Positions 52,530-64,000 of a stretch of 64,000 nt of DNA are shown here, one piece after another; the first letter of the stretch is position 1, and the number at the start of each line of letters is the position of its first letter. The stretch lies in contig OZ336877.1 of NCBI GenBank assembly GCA_965287045.1, forward strand, positions 68,696,001 through 68,760,000, written 5' to 3'. The stretch is from Carcharhinus amblyrhynchos (taxonomy: Eukaryota). A program made the position numbers and the translations under genes. Under the pieces are notes generated by a model. That model did not search any database and had not been told where the DNA came from. It saw only the letters and a program-made list of their open reading frames with translations.

Positions 52530-53957
52530 GGAGGTGATTCTCCCAGCTGCTGGAGCAGCGCAGTGGCCAGGAGACATAAGCGGAGGCTGTATAGCAGGCT
52601 TCCCGTTGGGCGCCATGGCCTCTGAACATCTCCAGCCACTGGATTTCCAGCATCGTGGTGCAGAGCTGATTTAAATATTACAGCGAGCATTTGAATGCTA
52701 TTAGTGAATCTGGGAGTGAAGTCTCCAGACCCGCTAGCCTCTCCCCTCTCCCCTGCCAGAAGTGTTTCATTCCAGCAGGGTTTACAACAACACCCCACTA
52801 ACAGGGAGCTGGCAGCCTGACCCTGCTGGAGTAAAAGGAGGCCATGGATGCCCCTCAGGAGGTGTGCTCCCTGGGCATTGCAATCTTGGCAGTGCCAGCC
52901 TAGCCCCTGGCAATGCCCAAAGGGCAACTTGGCATTGGGCACCTAGGCACCACCCATCAGGGCCAGAGGGGAGGGGTCTATTGGAAGCAATTGGTGAAGG
53001 TAGCGAGTGCCACTGCCACCCTGCTTTTGGGATCGGTGACAGGGGAGGGTGGACAATGATTGGGGCTGGCCATTGGGGTGGGGTGGGTGTCAGCCTGCCG
53101 GGGGTGGGGAGGGTGGGGTCGGGAAGATCAGGACTGCCATGGGGTGGGGTGGGGAGGATGAGGTCAGGAAATTCGGGACTACTGTTGGGGGTGGGAGGGG
53201 GTTGGAATCGAAGTAGGCCGGTGGAAGGGTTAGGCTAGTCTGACTAGTCCAGGATGCTAGGGATCATGGACTGGGGGGTGGTTGGAGGGGCAGCAATGTG
53301 GGGTTGTTCAGGAAACCGGCATTGCAGGGCTGCTGAGCATGCCCCGATCACGGTGTTGACAGATTGGCGCATGTGCAGTGACCCAATGAGCACAATGCTG
53401 CCAGCCTCTCGGCCCCCACCCCTGGGTTTTTATGATTCACAGTAAGGCATTCTGTGACGCACAGAATAAGAACATAAGAACATGAGAACATAAGAAATAG
53501 GAGCAGGAGTAGGCCATCTAGCCCCTTGAGCCTGGCCCGCCATTCAATAAGATCATGGCTGATCTGTCGTGGCTCAGTTCCACATTCCCGCCTTCTTCCC
53601 ATAACCCTTAATCCCCTCGCTTATCAAAAACCCATCAACCCGCGTCTTAAAAATATTGAGCGAGGCAGCCTCCACCACTTCAACGGGCAGAGAATTCCAG
53701 AGATTCACCACCCTTTGAGTGAAGAAGTTCCTCCTCAACTCTGTTCTAAACCGCCCCCCCTTTATCTTGAGGCTGTGCCCTCTAGTCCTACTGTCCTTTC
53801 TGAGCAGGAAGAGCCTCTCCACCTCTATCCTATCCATCCCATTCATCATCTTATTGTGGGAGATTCATTTTGAAAGCCCCGCTGAGAAAAGCAGTGGGAT
53901 TTACTCCAGTTTTTACGTGAATTCAGCACTTTGAATTTTTTTGGGAGAATCTCACCT
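52530..53957. mobile_element. GC-rich non-autonomous Harbinger-like element with 3-bp TSD
   Basis: gtg|ggaggtgattctccc ... gggagaatctcacct|gtg; interrupted by CR1 at 53467-53850. Confidence 0.8.
53467..53850 (-). mobile_element. CR1 LINE 3' end nested in MITE
   Basis: RTRGHSLKIKGGRFRTELRRNFFTQRVVNLWNSLP; (taagaaca)n tail. Confidence 0.95.
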
Positions 53958-54033
53958 GTGGGTTTTAAGGGAGCTTTTGAAAATGGCAATTTTGCAACAA
54001 AATTAAGGGTTTTAGAGGAATGTTCCAGAATAT

Positions 54034-54123
54034 GATCGGCCATGATCTTATTGAATGGCGGGGCAGGCTCGAAGGGCTAGATGGCCTACTCCTGCTCCTA
54101 TTTCTTATGTTCTTATGTTCTTA
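54034..54123 (+). mobile_element. CR1 3' tail (90 bp), inverted relative to the 53467 copy
   Basis: gatcggccatgatcttattgaatggcgggg...ctcctgctcctatttcttatgttcttatgttctta. Confidence 0.9.
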
Positions 54124-54124
54124 T

Positions 54125-55345
54125 ATGGAGAGAGATGGCAGATAACGTGCTGTTGGTTGCAGGGTGAAGAGAGGAGGCAAAACTTAGTAAAGCAGAATTG
54201 TAAGGGCTGAGGGTTTGAACAAGAATGCTGGGAAGTTGAAGAATGGAGTGCTGGCGAAAAGGACGTTAGCAAAATCAAGGCTGACATGGTGATGTACAAA
54301 AAGTTATTAAGAAGCATTGGGAGTGAGGTAGTGATTGATAGAGCTTAGAGGCAGAAGTGAGTACCTTGCTGGTGGATCAGGTGTAGAAACTAAAGTTCGG
54401 TTCAAGATCGAATAAGACTCTGATTTGCCCTACTGTCACATCAAATTTGAACAAACATCCAGGAGGGAGATTTGGACCAGAACTAAAAAATAATAGCCAC
54501 CAGACAGGATAGTTTTGGTTTGACAATAGTAACCCTCAAAAAATTCTGGCACGTCTACACTTGATATGCTGGCAATACAGTCAGACAACACAACTGTTAC
54601 AGAATCAAGAATGATAGTGGAAAGGCAAAGCTGAGTATAGTCAGTATACACATGCGTGTTGGCTCCATGGTTACAGATGATCTTGTTAAAAGGAGGACAA
54701 TATAGAGATGAGGTAGCCAAGGATGGAGCATATTAAAAGTGTGAACAGGCTGTTGGAGTGAGATTGTTCGGAATGAAACCATGCAAGTTCAGTGACATCG
54801 GGATTTATCCCAGAGGAGGGAAGATGGCAGGAGATTGTGTTGTGTGTACTGAATGCTGAAGAATGATAAAGCACCGTAGTTACAGTCACACACCATGTCG
54901 CTGTTGAGTTTGACAATCCCGATATTGTGGGTAGAATAAAATTAGATTAAACAAATATAATCTAGAGAAGTGATCGTAAAACTGCTTACTAATACCACAT
55001 TCCACAATGTTTGAAAGGTAAGTTATGTTAGATATTGGGGACTATATTATCATCAAAGTGGGACTTTTTTCTGAGTTGGGTGATCATTGTAGTTTTGAAA
55101 GAAGATTCAGTATCCAAGGGAAGAGGGGCAGTTACACTGTCCTAAAATATTGAGCTGTGGAAGGAGTTTAAGTATTCAGCATCTGAGTTGGAATGGATGA
55201 GGAAAACGTGAGGTGGGTCTCATAGAGGCAAATAGCCTAGTGAAATCTTAACTGGAACTTGCGTGAAGCTGTAGTGTTGCAGGGTCAGAATTAAAGGAAA
55301 GGGAAATTAAGAGGATAGCCTTAATTTTGGAGACGAAAAGATCCA
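54125..55345 (-). mobile_element. L2 LINE RT relic
   Basis: IICNHGANTHVYTDYTQLCLST..LSDCIASI resembles the L2 motif IIRKHGVSFHMYADDTQLYLS..LSDCLSDI. Confidence 0.7.
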
Positions 55346-55346
55346 C

Positions 55347-57697
55347 GGGCTGAATTCTCCCATTTAGAAGTTAAGTACCCATACCGGCTGAAAAATAAGA
55401 GTGTTCTCTGCTAGCGTTAGCAGCAAACAAACACATTTTGAGCGACCTGCCAGCCATCCCCACTGTTCCCAGTCAGAGCCGCCATTTTTATAGGGCAGCC
55501 TGATCTTCATACTTGGAGACAGGCTGCCTTCCCCCAATAAATTAAAGTGCCCCTCCCCCACTGACCTGGAGAGCAACACTAACCCCTCACCAAAGAGGGA
55601 CATCCTCATCCCATTACCCCCACCCACAAATAATGGTTTAAACCCCCTCCACACCATGCAGGCATAACAGACTCTCTCAGACCTCCTTCTCAGGTTCTTT
55701 TGCCCACTCAGACCCCTCACCCAAGCTCTTTTCCTCCGTAGACCCTCCATTCAGCCCCCTTCCCCCTCAGATGCCTCACTCAATCTTGCTGCCCCCTCAG
55801 GCTTCCTATTCAGTTCTCTTTCAGGCCACACACCCTGGCAGTGCCCACGATGCACTTCCCCCTGGCATTCTGGCACTAACACCCTGGCCTGTCATCTTGA
55901 GTCCTAAGGGTGCCTGAGGAAGTAGGTCCAGACTGCAGAGAAAGAGTCCTTGAGGCATCGTAGGGATTGGTTTGAAGACAAGGGGTTGACCTTGCCCCTC
56001 CCTCCTGGGATGGAGTGCCATGGCTGGATTGTTCTGGCAGACCTGAAGGTCCACCCCTGACATGGTGATTTCAAGCAGCCCTCTGATCAACATCTGCATT
56101 CCTGCCTGTCAGCTGTGAAAGTTCTGAAGTGGCCAGGTCACTTTAACGTCTTTGCCCCTTGATCATTTGGCTTTTAAATCATTGCAACACTCCATTCAGC
56201 AGCAGAGATTTTCCTTTCTCCCTGTCAGAAGCTGCAGACCCTTTTGAAGTCCTCTGACCAGAGGAGATGTCAGTTTCACCTGGGGTGGGGAGGTGGGGTG
56301 GGCAGGGGGAGAGAGGAGCAGAATCTAATCTGCACAGCTGCACACTCACCCCCAATATATGCGCGCAGCTTTGATTTATAGTTTCTGAGGCTTCTGAGCA
56401 AGTTGGATCCCTCCATCCAATGGAACCCTTTGACCTCTAACAAATTCAACCTGCAATGCTTTGAGAAAGATTCCATTACAGCTCACTGGAGTTCTATCAT
56501 CCTCTAGCCATCTGTATTTATGCTCATTTCCCTTCAAGCTTAAATAGATCTCAAGTACCCCATTAATTTTGACCACGGTGTTGACAGAATCTAAGCCTGA
56601 TTGACAACCTGTGATTTCATCAGAACAATTGTGGTTTGCAAAAGAGGAAGTGAAATCACAGGCTGTCAATCAGGCTTAGACTCTGACAATGTTGCAGTCA
56701 AGATCAATGGGGTACTTGAGATCCATTTAAGCCTGTAGAGAAATGAACATAAACACACTGCTGGAGCAGAAACCCAATGGAATCATTTTCAGGACACTCC
56801 CCCCCCCCCCCCCCCCCCCCCCGCCCTCGCCAGGTAAAATTGAAATATTCTCTGTGCCAGCGGCCTTCAAAGGGTCTGATAACACCTGCAGCTTCTTACC
56901 GGGAGACAAGAAAATCTCTGCTGCAGAATGGAGTGTTGCAATGATTTAAAAGTTTGCCAGATGACCAGGGGAATGGAAATTAAAGTGACCTGTCCACTTC
57001 ATAATTTTCACAGCTGACTGGCAAAAATGCAGAGATTGATCACAGAGCTGTCTGAAATCACCACAAGAAGTTTCACAACACCAGGTTAAAGTCCAACATG
57101 TTTATTTGGTAGCACAAGCTTTCGGAGTGCTCCTCCTTCCTCACCTGAAGAAGGAGGAGGAACACTCCAAAAGCTTGTGCCATCAATAAACCTATTGGAC
57201 TTTAACCTGGTGTTGTGAATCTTCTTACTTTGCCCACACCAGTCCAATACCAGCATTTCCATATCATGAAATCACCATGACAGGGATAATCTTCAGGACT
57301 GCCAGGGCTACAAGGGGCAATCCAGCTGTGACACCCCAATTCCGGCAGCGGTCACACCATGTTCACAGCCTGTGCCCAACCGGCGCCCGGGGTTATTGAG
57401 ACCCTTCCTCTGCAGCCTGGCAGAAGTAAATAGCCACTGGACCTAACTTTTGAGCCCCTCTGGTGGGCCGGGGGAATGGAGGGAAGCTGGCCAGTCAAAC
57501 CCATTAATTACATTCAAATTAGTGGGTTTACATAATTATCTGCTCTGGGTGGAAACCTGATTGGGGTCGGCAGGGCAGGTCAGGTGAATCCTGAGAGCCA
57601 TTACGCTGGTCAGCAATCCAGACTTTTGACCGATGCCCCATTTGCTGGAGCATTAGGATTTCCACTGGCTATCTGAGGAGGTCGGAGAATCAGGCTC
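55347..57697. mobile_element. ~2.35 kb TIR element with long internal foldback
   Basis: Ends gggctgaattctcc / ggagaatcaggctc; internal inverted arms about 56005-56619 and 56651-57345. Confidence 0.7.
57064..57266. mobile_element. Palindromic Penelope-derived element with 11-bp TSD
   Basis: Arms about 57065-57142 / 57146-57226; TSD tgaaatcacca at 57053-57063 and 57267-57277; degenerate CTGANGA...GAAA hammerhead motifs. Confidence 0.85.
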
Positions 57698-60600
57698 CAT
57701 GAATTTTTTGCAGCTGACCTGAGATTGGGGTAGAATTTGCAATGGAGAAAAAAACTTTTGAAATTTCCATAGGCCACCAATATGATGGGTAATGGAATGA
57801 TCTAAATATAAAAGTTTTCCTTTTGACCTAAACTGCCTGACGAGAACATTTTCTAAGGACCGAACAATCCTGCCAATAATTTTGAAATGTGCAGTCAAAG
57901 GCAGCAACACTATAAAAATTAATTAATATCTATTTATTGGGGTTAAAAAAAATTTTAAAAAATCTCAGCTCCATGCACCCCCCTTCATCAAAAGAACAGA
58001 AGAATCCAATAAGTCTGACTTTATATAACTTCTTTAATTAGCTATACACTCTACTACTCACCTTTTTGAGAGCCATTCTGTTAAAAGATGAGGGAACTTC
58101 TCAGAACATCAACTTACATCATTCTTTCTTTACTGAGTTAGATATCAGAATGAGAAAGGTAAAGGACTGGTACAGCATCTTCCTTGACCATATGTCATTC
58201 CAAATATTTCACAGCCAATTAAGTATATTTGCAGTTAGTCAGGGTTGTAATGGAGGGAAATTTAACTTGCAAAACGCATGTTAAAAATATTTTTAGTGCT
58301 TACTGTGTAATGTGTGCCTTTAGGCCCTACAACACTATCATTGATATTAACTTGTCATCTATATCCTATCACGTTTACCTCAATCGTGCATTCAGTGAAT
58401 CACAACAAAGGTCTGAAGGATTTTTATTTCAAACAGAACATGCACCGTTTCTTAAAATGAGAATGATAACAAGCTCTTAGTAGCTTTAAGTCCATCACAT
58501 AGGTTTGGGGTTTGATCGATGGCAAATTGCACAAGCTTTATCATTTAGATCATCTGAGGCACCAAACTGAGTTATTGTCTTCAAACTCAGTGCCAGTCAT
58601 CTATTTGTCAACAGGTTACAAGAGAATCTTTGTAACAGTACTTAGAAAAAATGTAACTGTATTAGAAAATAATGAGATACAATATGAACAATCCTCCCCT
58701 TTGAATAAGGCTTACACCACTGTATTTTTAACATTTAAAGCAAAGTACTTTTCAAGCATTTTTTTCATTGACCATAACAGAAAGCTAAGGGTCATTCATT
58801 GAAATATTTACCTTGTTGTTATTTAGTGCAATTGCATTTTATGCAAATCTCTCTCCGACCTCTGTAAGGCACTGGTTGATCCCTAAGTATGACTTTCTGA
58901 TTCATGTCTATTCTTTGTCACCCAAGCGCAAAATAATCATTGACTACACTTAATGCAAAATATTAAAACCAGCTTCAGACAATGGGGAGATATTTACAAC
59001 AAACATATAGTGAGATTTTACTCCTTTGATTTGTACTATTACATGTGGTGTTAATTCTATTTACCGGAACACAAACACAATGGCCTATTTTCATATCCTC
59101 TTTCCCGATCCCATCCACAATTACTGGCAGGGCAGGATTTTGCCTCAGTTCCCCTGTGGAGAAGTTGGACAGGTAATCCCTCCTTTAATGGAGTGTATCA
59201 AATAGCTGATTTTTTTTCTCTCTGTAGGCCCAGCAATGGCAATAAAGTAACCTTGGAGGCAATGGCACAACGCTGCCATTTCTCTGATTTTACTGCCCAA
59301 TTTATTTATTTTTTTCAAATTTTGCCAGGACCCCAGTTCTTCGCAAGGCAGGGGTCCTAAATGGCATTCATACCGCTTTAACTTCCATTATCATATGTGA
59401 TTGCTCATTCAGCACAGTAATATCAGCGGTGGCACAGAAATACAGCAGAAAATATTTAAATTAGGATTTAAATATTAATTCTGTGCCACATATTTCTGCA
59501 TTGCATCACTGAATGAAATACTTTCCCTGGCACAATGGGACTAAAAGCCATTAGTAGAATCACCAGCAATATGCGTAAGGATGAGGTTTTGCCAATAGAA
59601 ATATGAGTCACTGTAAATTTAATCTTTGCTTAATTCAGAAGTGATAACTCATGACTCAAACTTCCCACATTGTCCCTTTCTACTTTTCCTGTCTTATATT
59701 TGCACAGATAAGTGCATTGTGCCACACCATCCAAAGTTACTTTGTTATATCATTGGGCTCACCTACAAATATCAGCTAGTTGATATACTCCATTACAGAG
59801 GAGATGGACATATGTTACACTTTATAAGTATTTTATGTAATAATGTTACTTCTGGTGTCTTCATCTGGAATGTAATTGGAAAATAATTTGTTCTTGTTTG
59901 TATTCATGCCATAATGCAGAGCTTTGTCATTATTTAAGCATTAGTTGGAACATTACTAAAATGGAACTATGTAGCTTTCTCTAACCCCTTACACTTGTAC
60001 AACATCGGTTGTCCAAACTAGAGTATTCATTTGTTTCATAGATTGAAAGTTGGTAACTATAATTTATGCTTACACCCACCAAAACATTATTGTTATTACA
60101 TGATTTTCTTCGAAAAACGTGTTCAATATAGTGATTGATTTTTGTGACTTTTAGTTGATTATAACGTATAGCAAAACGAACAATTAAAATAAGGTCAGCA
60201 TTTGCTATTTTTTTCTGCATGTTAGTTTGTAATCTAGCAAACAGTTTGAAATGCTTGCCCTGCTGGTTGTTGCATTTCAATTCAACTTACAGATGGCCAC
60301 TGATGCATTCATTACAATGTGATGGTGAGGTAAATTGTACCATCCACTGCTGTTTACAGTTTACTATGTTTGTATGGAAAACATGCAGTATGTGAAATGA
60401 ATGTAAAAATTATGCTTGGGTATAAACATGTGGAGATTTCCCACTCTTTTGCCTACTCTTTCTTACCTCACGGATCAGAGTGTAATTGTCAGTAATCAGG
60501 CCTGTTTGCTGCTGATAAAAAACACTCTGAATGCTAGCAGGCTTCTTTGTGTGATGACTCAATTATGCCAGAAGTGCCTCATCAAATCTCTTCTATCAGC

Positions 60601-62850
60601 TGGGCTAATAAATGAGGGGACAACTGGCCTGAAGCTTATCATAAATCCATTTGCATTAACCATTGGAGTTCTGAATATCCTTTGGAGCTTGCAGTACGCA
60701 AGACATTGTCCGTCAAAACCCAAAATTGATATCCTTTAAAACAAACAGATTGTCAAACAGATAAATGACAGCCTGGAAATGAATGTCTTTGTTAGAGCTG
60801 GTATATGATGTGCAGAAAACTATATTGTGACTGCTGTTGCCCTGAGCTTTGAAGGATTCACAGAAAAGTTTAGTCCTTTTATCATTTAGCATATTTGTCC
60901 TTGAAGAGGTATGAAATATTAAATCAAAAGTCATTACATTACTTCTCTCAATGCACAAATAGCCATTGGATTCATTTAAGATCAATCAAAGCATTGCTGG
61001 TTACCGTAAGCTGTATGATGTTTTTAAATAAATTGCGAGAAGACAGTAGCCATGCACAGGAACATATAAGCAATGGTTCAGTATCAATAAATAAAAGTGC
61101 AGGTTGAAAAGCTAGTCTTTCTTAAAGCCATCTTCATATCCTACTTGTGCAGTTGTGCAGAAGAAATGGGACCATAGTAGGTATCATACAGAAATCCTGG
61201 TCCGATGGACATTACAAGGCTATGTTGTCTCCGTAATATAATAGTATTTATATATAAACTGATTAATAGTGAAAGCCATTCACCTTTGCACACTACTGTT
61301 CTGCTCACTGAGGGAGTAACTCAAACACTATTAAGTGCTTTTGATAGTTTGAAATTTATGTTTACATTTAATTATGGGATATTTCAGGAATTTGGTGTCC
61401 AATTAACTGCCTTTTTTAGAATCCAACATTGGCATAATAAAAAATAATCTAGACTGAGATTTTAAACAGTTAGAAATGTTAATGATGGAAATATATATGC
61501 ATTGTAATTTGTATAGGGAAGAAAATGTGATCTTTACAAGCTGTATTAACAATATTTAATCTTTGTTTCTATAATAACATTTCATGCAATTATCCAAAAT
61601 TCACTCACTAAAAAAACCTTATTCCCTAATGGAACTGGAACCAAGAAATGAAAATATTTAGAACATTGTGTTTTTGATATTTCCATTCTGTCATATTTGT
61701 GCAAGTAATAAAAATAATTAATTGAATTAAAGTTATGCCACATATTCGTGGAATAAAATATCTCTTAGTTCTCAAGTTCTTTCTCATTTTTAAAATAGAA
61801 GCTTTTCATCTACTGTTGCCGATGTTTTAATAAAATTTCAATACAGATATATAATGAAACGGAAAGAGCAGTTGGACATTTTGTGATTCATGCTATCCTT
61901 TCAAAAAAATTACTATCTGCAACTTCTGCAATTTTATGATTGTCTTCCAACGTAGTCCTTGGATTGTTAGATTGCAGTTGTATCAATAATGATGTGTGTT
62001 TCATCCACTTGATTGGTTATTTTTGTGAAAGTACCGAATGGAGTTAACTTTGTGAGATAGTCAAATTCAGTCAGTGGAGAAAAAGAATTGGGAAAGATAT
62101 AAAGCTGGTTGTTGATTCACCATCACCCATTTTACACTATCCGACAAAGTAAAATTCCCCAAATCTTTAGCTACAATAAGAGCAAAATATTATGAAGCTG
62201 TCATTTTGCAATGCACTGCTGTAGCGCATTAGTGCAGATGAAGTGGGAAAGGTACATGATCCCTGTACTATTTTGCTTTTGAAACAAGGGAAGGGTGATG
62301 CATTAATCTGCTCCATCAGAAACAGACAGTGCATTACATTCATAAAACAATACTTAAATTTAGGATCAGATTTCAATTTGCATATGGACAATACAATGTG
62401 TGGTTCTGTTGAACTTATCTACACAGATGTTTCTTTTTAGTTTTCTGGTGAACAAGGGGGATAAATCAGATGATATAACATAGGGCAAAGATCTTCTTCA
62501 ACCTCCTGCAAAATCATGGTACCAGCATCGATCGCAGTTTTAGATGTGTTTCCCAGTGCATGTTATTCATTTGCATGCTCAGTGACTGGCAGGTGTGTGT
62601 ATATATCATTTACATGGAATTGACAGAATTAGAAGAAATACCATACTCATCATTTCAGCAACAAATCCTCAGTAATACTTGTATAAGAGACTGAATATTA
62701 CTGTCAGGAATGTTAAGGCACAAATATTTAAGGTAAACTTAACAAATTATTTCCTCCAATTCTTAATGGATGTGCTAACATTAAAATGACAGAATTAGGA
62801 ATTTTACATAAGTACATTCAATATCAATTCACTAACAATATTTTTTGCTG

Positions 62851-63278
62851 TCAGATTTGATTCAGTGATAACACTTTTGTGCTTCTGAGTCAGAAGGTTG
62901 TTAGTTCGAGCCTTTCACGAGACTTCAGGGCTTAATTTTTATTGGTCCTTTAGTACAGTACTGAGATGGCACTGCACTGTTGAAAGTGCTGTCTCCTGAA
63001 TTAATTTTGTTAAATGAGACTCTCGACCACTCTACCTTGACATTTTTCAAAGAAGAATAGAAGAGTTTTCTAAGTATCCTGGCAAACATTCAGCACTCAA
63101 GTTACATCAGAAAAAACAGAATAACTAGCCAAGTATCTCGTTTCTGTTTGTGGAAGCTTGCTATACTCAAATTGATTGTTATGTTTCCTGCTTTACAATG
63201 TAACTATACTTCAAAAGTTCTTTATTGACTGTAATTCCCGAAGCGATGAAAGGCACAATGTAAATATGTTTTTGTTTT
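62851..63278 (+). mobile_element. Deu-SINE (SacSINE1-like), degraded
   Basis: ctgagtcagaaggttg..ttcgag head, cagtactgag..gcactgcactgttg core, tail acttcaaaagt...gatgaaaggc..taaat. Confidence 0.8.
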
Positions 63279-64000
63279 AATGCTTGGGCAACTTCAAGAA
63301 TCACTTGAACAAGTAATGTGTTATTGTATATTTTGAATGATGGTTCTGCATTTAAGATGTGCTTTATATGAATCCTTAATTACAAAATCCAAAGGAAAAA
63401 GATAAGTATAAATTAACCTATGAATGGTGAATAATTAATTGTAAGCTTAAACTAATACCAAAGAAAATATTATTTCAATGTACACTTTCAATTTTAAAAA
63501 GTTGAAGGAATCAGCAAGTTCCATGAAAATGACAATACTTGTTAGTTTATTTTCACTCACTAATATCATGTCAGCGAATCTCATGATTGTACTCTGAACT
63601 TTCCATCCCCAGGGACGAAAAAGGCAGCAGATGGGGTTAGAGCAGAGTGCTGATGCTTTTGACAATAAACGTTCTGGTTGCTGTGCAGAAGCTATGAGCA
63701 TCAGGATGACACTTTCCCCTGAGAACTAGTGGAGTACTGAATAAATTGAAAACAATCCTCTGAGAAATACCGTTATGAAAAAGTACCCAAAATTGCACTT
63801 TAGCAGATGACGTCTCTTATGTTGTTATCTTTATGCTAATTTGTCAACATGGGGAATTTGAGTATTAATTACATCGACACAACTATATTATCTGTTGACT
63901 TTCCTCATAACTAAATTCCATGGACTCTGTGTAATGTATATGTTAGTATAGCTAACCTCCATTCCTGATAGGAGTGGCTGAGATGGGAGCTTGGGCTTGG

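Noticed and set aside
63616-63730. Acceptor tttccatccccag followed by a short open frame GRKRQQMGLEQ...
   Set aside because: No good donor, stops in the other frames and no homology recognised

Overview
Eukaryotic, non-coding-dominated DNA, most likely from a cartilaginous fish (shark). This is inferred from the repeat landscape: HE1-type V-SINEs, SacSINE1-like Deu-SINEs, CR1, L2, Rex1/Babar, RTE and Penelope relics, and many PIF/Harbinger transposons and their MITEs. No intact protein-coding gene can be identified, and the ORF track consists of TE relics or noise. TE-rich blocks alternate with TE-poor, AT-rich islands (about 22.9-27.2, 32.7-36.1, 38.9-43.4 and 57.7-62.8 kb) that carry enhancer-like motif clusters. 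One island holds a plausible promoter with four CCAAT boxes and an ATG|GTAAGT exon end (39.6-39.9 kb), suggesting the 5' or intronic part of a large, unidentified gene. Notable points: (1) several short, near-identical local inverted copies that look like templated-insertion repair scars; (2) a ~2.3 kb TIR element with a ~600-bp-arm internal foldback; (3) a palindromic Penelope terminus with degenerate hammerhead cores and an 11-bp TSD; (4) V-SINEs with two different 3' tails; (5) a decayed two-gene Harbinger. All family assignments come from recognising motifs by eye, not from database searches, and TE boundaries are approximate. I found no convincing evidence of a wholly new biological system.
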